DNA of 42,137 bases from a virus. The DNA is taken from IMG/VR virus record IMGVR_UViG_3300029109_000001. One strand, given 5' to 3'. The notes under the pieces were generated by a model. The model made no database searches. It was not told the DNA's origin and was given only the letters and a program-made list of their open reading frames with translations. Made by a program: the position numbers and the translations under genes. Positions 35,958 through 42,137 of this stretch are shown here, one piece after another (position 1 is the first letter of the stretch; the number at the start of each line of letters is the position of its first letter).

Positions 35958-36743
35958 ATGTCGAAACCAGATAATAATCATACACCAGGCGGTGGCCAGC
36001 TGATCCCTATTACGAACATGGGGGAAGATGTCCAGGCGGTGTTGGGGCGTGACCTTCATGGTTTTCTGGAAGTGAAAACCCCCTATAAAGATTGGTGGCC
36101 GCGAATGGTTGCCTACGGTTTTGAGGAGGGGGTGGACTATGCGCTCAAAAATGAGCATTCGGCGTCACCTGCGGGAATGCCGTCTCGGCCGCGGTTGAAT
36201 CATGTTGTGTCTTTGGACATGGCAAAGGAGATTGCCATGATCCAGCGCTCCGCGAAGGGTAGGCAAGCCCGCCGCTATTTCATCGATGTGGAAAAGCGTG
36301 CCCGCATGGCGCCGGCGTTTGACCCGTCGCAGTTGACCCGATCCGAGATTCTTTTAATTGCGCTCAATGCTGAAGAGGAACGCCTGGCCTTAGAGGCTGC
36401 TAATAAGCAGCTCCAGCCGAAGGCGGATGCCTACGACTGTTTTATTGATTCCACCGGCTCCTACAGCATGGGCACGGTGGCGAAAATGCTAGGCATCGGC
36501 CAGAACACGCTTTTCCGTGAGCTACGGAACCGGGGCATCTTGATTACTAAAGGCGACATGCGGAACACCCCATACCAACGCTACGCAACCTATTTCGAGG
36601 TGAAGGCCGGCGGCTATACCCGTTCGAACGGCACCCAGGTGGTAACGCACACGACTCGTGTCCGCCCCCGGGGGATTGATTTCATCCGCCGCACACTGGG
36701 CTTGCACGGTGCTCACCCCATGCTGCCTATGACTTTCCAATAA
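35958..36743 (+). CDS. Antirepressor (AntA-like N-terminus, KilA-C/ORF6C C-terminus)
   Basis: GAAAGGAGActcttcATG start; LHGFLEVKTPYKDWWPRMVAYGFEEGVDYAL; MGTVAKMLGIGQNTLFRELRNRGIL. Confidence 0.65.
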   Translation: MSKPDNNHTPGGGQLIPITNMGEDVQAVLGRDLHGFLEVKTPYKDWWPRMVAYGFEEGVDYALKNEHSASPAGMPSRPRLNHVVSLDMAKEIAMIQRSAKGRQARRYFIDVEKRARMAPAFDPSQLTRSEILLIALNAEEERLALEAANKQLQPKADAYDCFIDSTGSYSMGTVAKMLGIGQNTLFRELRNRGILITKGDMRNTPYQRYATYFEVKAGGYTRSNGTQVVTHTTRVRPRGIDFIRRTLGLHGAHPMLPMTFQ

Positions 36744-36753
36744 GGAGAAAACA

Positions 36754-38232
36754 TTGTTAACAATTCTTGATTACAGTGCTGGCGTGCCGCCAGCTGCGGC
36801 GATTCGCGCTGCTGGCCATGATGGCGTGATCCGCTACATCAGTCCACCCAGGGCCAGCTGGATGCTAGGTAAACCCATCCAGAAGGCTGAACTCGGTGAC
36901 CTCCAGGCGCATGGCCTGGGGGTCGCTTTCATATGGCAGTTCGGAAAAGAAGATGATTCCGACGTGATGCGCGGCTATAACGGTGGTTTGGCCGATGCCC
37001 AGGCGGCCCAGCAGAAACTCGACGAGCTCGACTGTTCTGAACATCCCGTGTTCTTTGCGGTGGATTTCCCTATCAGCCTTGACGAGTGGAACGGCGTTGC
37101 CTCCGAGTATTTTCGTGCCTGCTGTGAAGTCTTGGGGCGTGAACGAGTCGGTATTTACGGGCATTCCAGGGTGATCGCTTGGGCTGCCGCAGATGCGCTT
37201 ATTGCTGACTTGGGCGGCGGAAAGTTCCTGGCGTGGCAGACTGCGGCCTGGAGCGGAGGCGTCCTATCCACGGAAGCAGTGCTGTACCAGCGCCCGGGTA
37301 GCGAGACCGTGGGTGGTGTTGACTGCGATATCAATTTTGCGCTTGCCGACTACTGGGGCCAACACCCAAACAACACCGCATCACGCCACGCCCCCGACCC
37401 AGTACCCGAAACCTTAGCCCAAGAAGAAGGAGAAACCATGGAAACAAGAATCCGATACGATGCCGATTTCACCGCGGACATGCCCGGCGTCGGCTACCGC
37501 TCCCTCGATGCTATTCAGTCGATCTGTGTCCACACGGTGGAGTGCCCGCCGGAACGTGATGGTATTGCCGTCGCCCAGTGGCAAACGAATCCAGCTAATG
37601 GCTCTAGCTATAACGTGCTCGCCGGCGCCGAAGGCAACCTCATTTTGTGCAACACGGATGATTTCATGCCGTACGCAGCAGGCCCCACCGGTAATGCTCG
37701 CTGCCTGCACATCAGTTTGACCGGCTACGCCAGCATGAGCCGCGAAAACTGGATTGACGACGACGCAAAGCTGCGGCGGACCGCCGAACAAATCGCCAGC
37801 TGGTCGCAACTCTACGACATCCCCCTAGAGTTCATCGACGCCGATCAACTCCGTACCGGGGCTCGTGGCGTTCATGGGCATGCGGAAATCTCTGAGGCCT
37901 GGAGGGAAGTCGATCACACTGACCCCGGCCCCGGTTTCCCGTTTGATGTCGTGCTGGCCTACGCCACCGAGCTCCTCGACTCACCGAACCAACCACAACA
38001 AGAAGAAGGAGAACCACGCATGGTGCGCTGGATCCTAGACCAACTAGTTGGTCCCGAATGGCAGGACAACAAACCACTTTTCACCGGCTGGAAAGCCACC
38101 GAAGGTAAAACCTTTGTCGACTTCGTGGCCGAAAAAATCAAGCTCATCCCGGAGATTGCCCGCACGGTAGCCACGCTACCGGAGCGCCTCGACCGGATCG
38201 AAACCCTACTCAAGGAAGGAAACACCAAGTAA
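36754..38232 (+). CDS. Endolysin with an Rv2525c-like (GH25-like) glycoside-hydrolase-like domain, an N-acetylmuramoyl-L-alanine amidase (amidase_2) domain and a C-terminal domain
   Basis: AAGGAGAaaacaTTG start; DYSAGVP...DGVIRYIS N-domain; HTDPGP amidase_2 motif. Confidence 0.75.
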   Translation: MLTILDYSAGVPPAAAIRAAGHDGVIRYISPPRASWMLGKPIQKAELGDLQAHGLGVAFIWQFGKEDDSDVMRGYNGGLADAQAAQQKLDELDCSEHPVFFAVDFPISLDEWNGVASEYFRACCEVLGRERVGIYGHSRVIAWAAADALIADLGGGKFLAWQTAAWSGGVLSTEAVLYQRPGSETVGGVDCDINFALADYWGQHPNNTASRHAPDPVPETLAQEEGETMETRIRYDADFTADMPGVGYRSLDAIQSICVHTVECPPERDGIAVAQWQTNPANGSSYNVLAGAEGNLILCNTDDFMPYAAGPTGNARCLHISLTGYASMSRENWIDDDAKLRRTAEQIASWSQLYDIPLEFIDADQLRTGARGVHGHAEISEAWREVDHTDPGPGFPFDVVLAYATELLDSPNQPQQEEGEPRMVRWILDQLVGPEWQDNKPLFTGWKATEGKTFVDFVAEKIKLIPEIARTVATLPERLDRIETLLKEGNTK

Positions 38233-38233
38233 A

Positions 38234-38569
38234 ATGTGGAATAAAGCCTTTTGGATTGATGCTGGTAGCCGCGCCGTCAGGACTTTCGCCCAAGTCGCTA
38301 TCCCAGCACTGCCCATCAGTATCTTTTCCCCCATTGACGTTTGGAAAGAATGCCTAGGGCTGGCAATAGCAGCCACTATCGCTTCCCTACTTACATCCAT
38401 CTCTACATGGCGCATCGGCGCGCCGGGCATGGTGGCTATTGTTCCGCCGAGTACGCCTGCGACTGCTGTTGAGGCTACGCCAACACCGGCTAATACCACA
38501 CCACCGGCTGCTATTGATACCCGTGCTCCGGCCCACCATCGGGAGGTGAAGGAATGGCCGACCAGCTAA
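38234..38569 (+). CDS. Holin (two TM helices)
   Basis: Starts 1 nt after the lysin stop; hydrophobic helices then a Pro/Thr-rich tail. Confidence 0.6.
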   Translation: MWNKAFWIDAGSRAVRTFAQVAIPALPISIFSPIDVWKECLGLAIAATIASLLTSISTWRIGAPGMVAIVPPSTPATAVEATPTPANTTPPAAIDTRAPAHHREVKEWPTS

Positions 38570-38661
38570 TCGCGTTCGTCACTGCGGTGGAGGCGCTGAT
38601 CCGTAGTCTGGACCCCACCTTGGTGGCGGCAGTGGTCGATTCCGCGGCGGCCCTATCCTAG
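38554..38661 (+). CDS. Possible 35-aa hydrophobic peptide
   Basis: GGAGGTGAAGGAATG start; MADQLIAFVTAVEALIRSLDPTLVAAVVDSAAALS; not in the ORF track because it is under 60 aa. Confidence 0.3.
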   Translation: MADQLIAFVTAVEALIRSLDPTLVAAVVDSAAALS

Positions 38662-38674
38662 GACTGGAGGCCAC

Positions 38675-39157
38675 ATGGACCCAGTGACAGGGCTATCCTT
38701 ATCGGGTCTAGGAATTACCGAAAGCATCGGCATCGCGCTCCTCACCCTGGTGACTACGCTGACTACTACAGTGATCGTGCAGAGAACCCTCTGGCGAACG
38801 AAAGCGCTGGAGTCGGCAGCGGCGCGTGCAGTTGCTGAGCGGGAAGCGGAAACAGCAAAGGCTCAGCTGGCGCAGAGCGAACTTCAGCTTACTCTCGAAG
38901 CCGGTAACCGGCTTCGAGAAGACCTTTGGCGGAAGATCGAAAAGTTGGAAACCCAGCAGGCTGAAATGGAACATACTATTGATGCGATGCGTTCTGAACG
39001 TATACTGGATGTACAGGTAAGGCTAACGCTCCGTACGTTGCTGGAAACTTATCCGAACCCGCCTGGTCGGCCCGCCATCCCTTCAGCTGTGGAGCGCGTC
39101 CTTGCTATTAGTGAGGACACCGACAACTTAATCCGAGACCGCGACAGTCGGAGATGA
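38675..39157 (+). CDS. Membrane-anchored coiled-coil protein (lysis-associated or moron)
   Basis: GGACTGGAGGccacATG start; N-terminal TM helix then coiled coil; followed by a terminator. Confidence 0.5.
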   Translation: MDPVTGLSLSGLGITESIGIALLTLVTTLTTTVIVQRTLWRTKALESAAARAVAEREAETAKAQLAQSELQLTLEAGNRLREDLWRKIEKLETQQAEMEHTIDAMRSERILDVQVRLTLRTLLETYPNPPGRPAIPSAVERVLAISEDTDNLIRDRDSRR

Positions 39158-39296
39158 TGATATTGATTACATTTCAGTAATGTAAACAAAATGGGAAAGT
39201 GGGACATCAGCTAGACCACAATACGTTTCAATCAATGTAAATTACCTGTTAAGAAATATCAATGTTAGAAGTCACCGACTTCTTTGCAAAATAAGG

Positions 39297-39334
39297 CCCC
39301 CACGTTCACCGTGACGTGGGGGTTCTTCTTTTTT
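39297..39334 (+). terminator. Strong rho-independent terminator
   Basis: cccccacgt-tcaccgtg-acgtggggg then ttcttcttttttg. Confidence 0.75.
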
Positions 39335-39396
39335 GCCCTATGAACTGCGTAAAATAATAAGCGACAATAAACGACACACTGGGACATGGGTGTAAA

Positions 39397-39440
39397 CCTG
39401 CGGACCACACATAGACCGCAGGACCGCCCATGGACCACTC
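39397..39440. repeat. Four GGACCRC direct repeats and the inverted repeat CCTGCGG/CCGCAGG just upstream of int
   Basis: cGGACCACac, aGACCGCag, GGACCGCcc, tGGACCACtc. Confidence 0.45.
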
Positions 39441-39461
39441 ACAATCGCAGGAAACCCCCTC

Positions 39462-40622
39462 ATGCCCCCCGCCCCTAAAAAACGCCTCTTCGGCACAATA
39501 GCACGCCTATCCTCCGGTAAATACCGCGCCCGCTACACCGGACCCGACGGCAAAAAATACTCCGGCCCCCACCCATTCTTCACCAAAGACGATGCTGGTG
39601 CTTGGCTCCGCCAAGAACAAAAACTCATTGAGTTCGACGAATGGCAACCCCCACACCTCCGGTACCGGACGAAAGAAGACGCCACCCGAACCGTCGGCGA
39701 GTGGCTATGCCAATGGCTAGACCTTCAAGAAAAACGCCTAAAACCCTCCACCATGGACAACTACCGTGCAGTCCTAGGTCGCCGCATCCTGAACACCACG
39801 GGCAAAGCCGGAAGACTACGCGATATCCCCTTGGTCAAACTCACACGCAAAGACGTGATCGCGTGGTGGGACGCAATAACTATCAAGCATGGATACCAGT
39901 CCTACAACCGCGCCGCCTACTCATGCCTCCGCACCGCTATACAAGCAGCAGTAGATCGAGATCTGATCCCCGCCAGCCCGGTAGATGTACCAGACGCCCG
40001 ACGCCGCCCTAAGCCAGCACGAAAAGAACTTCCCACGGTCGCCACCATGCAGAAAATTATCGACCAACTGAAACCGCCACACCGACTGATAGCAGTCCTC
40101 ACCTTCTTCCACGGCATGCGCATAGGAGAAGTCTTAGGCCTCAGGCGTAAAGACATCACCATCACAGGTGACACTATACTGATCCATATCAGGGGCAACG
40201 CCTACAGGATCGCAGGGAACATGACCTACCAGCCCACTCCCAAAACCAGCGCCAGCCACCGTACCATCCCCGTCTTTAAAAAATTCCACCAAGATATCAT
40301 CGACCACCTGGACACCATTGGCGACAGCCCCGATGCCTTCATTTGCACTAGCAGCACCGGAAGAATCATCTCAGATACTTTTTACAGGTCCGTCCTCCAC
40401 CGTGCTAAAAACCGCGCCGGGATCACCGAGCGTATCAGCCCGCACTATGGCAGGGTGTGGCTTATCACTACATTGGTGGAGCAGGGTATGACGATCCCCG
40501 CTATCGGTGAGCTGCTAGGCCAGGTGGACCTGAAGGTCATCACTGAGATTTATATGCGCACTTCTGATGCTAGGCGGCAGGAGGCATTGCAGCGGGTGAA
40601 TGACTTGCTCATGGGCCCATAA
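39462..40622 (+). CDS. int: Tyrosine integrase
   Basis: Arm-binding-type N-terminus (GTIARLSSGKYRARYTGPDGKKY); catalytic-region motifs (MRIGEVLGLRRKD, HYGRVWLITTL, EIYMRTS). Confidence 0.85.
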   Translation: MPPAPKKRLFGTIARLSSGKYRARYTGPDGKKYSGPHPFFTKDDAGAWLRQEQKLIEFDEWQPPHLRYRTKEDATRTVGEWLCQWLDLQEKRLKPSTMDNYRAVLGRRILNTTGKAGRLRDIPLVKLTRKDVIAWWDAITIKHGYQSYNRAAYSCLRTAIQAAVDRDLIPASPVDVPDARRRPKPARKELPTVATMQKIIDQLKPPHRLIAVLTFFHGMRIGEVLGLRRKDITITGDTILIHIRGNAYRIAGNMTYQPTPKTSASHRTIPVFKKFHQDIIDHLDTIGDSPDAFICTSSTGRIISDTFYRSVLHRAKNRAGITERISPHYGRVWLITTLVEQGMTIPAIGELLGQVDLKVITEIYMRTSDARRQEALQRVNDLLMGP

Positions 40623-40632
40623 TGTAAAACCA

Positions 40633-40670
40633 TTGGTAATAATATAACTATCTGGCTATATTATTACCAA
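40633..40670. repeat. Perfect 14-bp inverted repeat TTGGTAATAATATA / TATATTATTACCAA with a 10-bp spacer, directly after the int stop
   Basis: Read directly from the sequence. Confidence 0.6.
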
Positions 40671-40804
40671 CGATGTTACTTTCCCTTGAATAGAGGGGAC
40701 TGGTTTCTTATTTTGAGGTTTGGCCATATTTTCAGGCCTTCAAAAATAAAACCGCAGGTCACGCTTTTTTAGTGGGGTTTCGTGAAAAATAACCCGGGTA
40801 AGGG

Positions 40805-41704
40805 TCAGAAAAGAATGGGTTCGGGTTGGGTGGTGTTGGGTGTCCATTGCGCGGTGTGTTTTTTGGTGACTTGCAGGTTGGGGATGGTGAGGTTGCTTGA
40901 GTAGATGATTGATTCGGCGCCGACATGTTGGTGGTGGGCTGTGTGGGCGATAGGGAAGATTGCTGCTCGGGCGTGGTGGTAGAGGTCTTCGGTGATGAAG
41001 GGGTCATCATCGTATGTGAGCATCCAGTAAAACGTGGCGTCGGCTAGTTTCTTGGCGAGCGTTTTGTGTTGGGGTTCATCAAAGGCGTGGAGGTAGAGGC
41101 CTTCGCCTTGGCCTAAGTAAGGGGGGTCAGCGTAGACGAAAACGTTTTCACCGTGTTCTTCCATGGTGGTGAGGAAGTCTATGCCTTCTGATTCGGTGAT
41201 GGTGATGTTGTCTGCCATGGCGGCGATAGTGCGGATGCGGTGGCTGAGGTTATCGCGGTTGAATCGGGCGTCGATTTTCCATTTGCCGGTTTGTTCCATA
41301 CCTCCGATAGGTCGGGCACCTAGGATACCGGATCGGCATGTGCGGTTGAGGTAGAAGGTGGCGAACCCGAGTGTGAGGTCATCCTTGTCTTGGGGCGTAT
41401 CGTAAATGTTTTTATAGTGTTTCCATGCATCAATGTTGAGTTCGCAGGTGGCAATGAGGTCGTTGAAGTCTTCAGGTTTTTGGGTGATTGCCCGCCAGAA
41501 TGCTGCGATACCGCGGTTAAGGTCGTTGAGATAAACATGCTCGACGATCCCTTCGTGGAGGAGTTTTAGCGCAGCTCCTGCACCCCCGGCAAAGGGTTCC
41601 GCATAGTAGCGTGGTGGTATTTGTTGGGCGTTGATGAGCGAAGCGATATAGGGGGCAAGTTTCGCTTTGCCGCCTGGATACCGGAGTGGGGAAATAAATC
41701 TCAT
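40805..41704 (-). CDS. Dam-family (D12 class) N6-adenine DNA methyltransferase
   Basis: LRYPGGK, EPFAGGAG and DPPY motifs; its start overlaps the ParB-like stop as ATGA. Confidence 0.8.
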   Translation of the reverse strand: MRFISPLRYPGGKAKLAPYIASLINAQQIPPRYYAEPFAGGAGAALKLLHEGIVEHVYLNDLNRGIAAFWRAITQKPEDFNDLIATCELNIDAWKHYKNIYDTPQDKDDLTLGFATFYLNRTCRSGILGARPIGGMEQTGKWKIDARFNRDNLSHRIRTIAAMADNITITESEGIDFLTTMEEHGENVFVYADPPYLGQGEGLYLHAFDEPQHKTLAKKLADATFYWMLTYDDDPFITEDLYHHARAAIFPIAHTAHHQHVGAESIIYSSNLTIPNLQVTKKHTAQWTPNTTQPEPILF

Positions 41705-42038
41705 AATATTCTATTGTGCCCGAGAGCGTCGTTGATGGCCACCAACACTTCCCGAACTTGGGAGTTGTATTTTTCTACCTCTTCAATATTGGTCACCACA
41801 TTGCAGACGTGCACACCTGTTTGGAGGATTTTTGGTGGGGTGTTATTGAATTTTTGATACAAGGTCTGCAAAGGTGTGTGATTTTGAACCTGACCTGAGT
41901 TGTTGGATGCTTCTGGATTAATGTGCTCTAAGACCAACAACACGCGCTGACAGATATCCATGCCGCGTTCAAAAGTGAGGTTTCGTTCTTTTGCATAGTA
42001 GTGGCAGCCTAAATCTAGCAGGATCCTGTATGTGGCGA
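41701..42038 (-). CDS. C-terminal part of the junction-spanning ParB-like protein
   Basis: In frame with 1..1090(-) across the circular join. The ORF track lists 41701..42090 because the duplicated 99 bp are included. Confidence 0.65.
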
Positions 42039-42137
42039 AAAGGATTTCCGGGTAATTATGGATGGTGAGTTTTTGTGCTTCTCGCACCATTTGGTTAAGT
42101 TTGTCCCCTAAATTGCTTGGCGTGAATCCTGTTAATG
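42039..42137. repeat. 99-bp exact duplicate of positions 1-99 (circular-assembly overlap)
   Basis: Identical string aaaggatttccgggtaattatggatgg...cctgttaatg at both ends. Confidence 0.9.

Larger units (their letters stand above)
1..42137. mobile_element. Complete circular temperate siphovirus-like phage genome (about 42,038 bp unique) with a 99-bp assembly overlap at the ends
   Basis: Full head, tail, lysis and lysogeny gene set. Bases 1-99 equal 42039-42137 exactly. The ParB-like ORF reads through the join. Confidence 0.8.

Noticed and set aside
42039-42137. Terminal 99-bp direct repeat read as attL/attR or an LTR
   Set aside because: The match is exact, 99 nt long, and a coding frame runs through it without break. 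That fits a circular assembly overlap better than integration-derived repeats.

Overview
The window is a complete, circularly closed temperate siphovirus-type phage genome of about 42,038 bp. The host is probably a high-GC actinobacterium: the phage carries a WhiB-like gene, an Rv2525c-like (GH25-like) glycoside hydrolase plus amidase_2 endolysin, and an actinophage-style tyrosine integrase. Bases 1-99 are exactly repeated at 42039-42137, and a ParB-like gene reads across that join, so the ends are a circular-assembly overlap, not att sites. Gene order going round the circle is listed below.

- **Lysogeny and accessory island (1..3366, mostly minus strand):** Dam-family methyltransferase and ParB-like operon spanning the junction; a minus-strand operon of two tiny membrane proteins plus an AlpA-like regulator, driven by a consensus promoter with a palindromic operator; an interrupted TM2-domain gene; ImmA-type metallopeptidase; CI-like repressor.
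- **Early region (3367..13293, plus strand):** divergent Cro-like gene over an operator-rich intergenic region; many hypothetical genes, including two excisionase-family HTH proteins, a very acidic protein, a WhiB-like protein with an extra Cys-rich tail, two HNH proteins and a small Prim-Pol.
- **Packaging, head and tail (13314..35863):** terS, terL, portal, MuF-like head protein, scaffold, decoration protein, major capsid, connectors, major tail protein, an inserted TIM-barrel-like gene, a frameshifted pair of tail assembly chaperones, a 1655-aa tape measure protein with NlpC/P60 and SLT domains, Dit, Tal, minor tail proteins and a fibre.
- **Antirepressor, lysis and integration (35958..40622):** AntA/KilA-C antirepressor, two-domain endolysin, holin, a membrane coiled-coil protein, and the tyrosine integrase.

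The most notable item is a low-GC cassette fused to the 3' end of the MuF head-morphogenesis gene. It encodes a papain-fold (Cys/His/Asp) toxin-like domain, followed by a small candidate immunity gene. Other points of interest are the ParB-like plus Dam operon with a clustered-GATC iteron array, an in-frame nonsense codon in the TM2 gene, a tRNA-like acceptor/T-arm fragment, and two loci where the sense and antisense frames cannot be told apart from sequence alone. Many ORFs in the six-frame track are antisense artefacts of the high GC content and are not reported.
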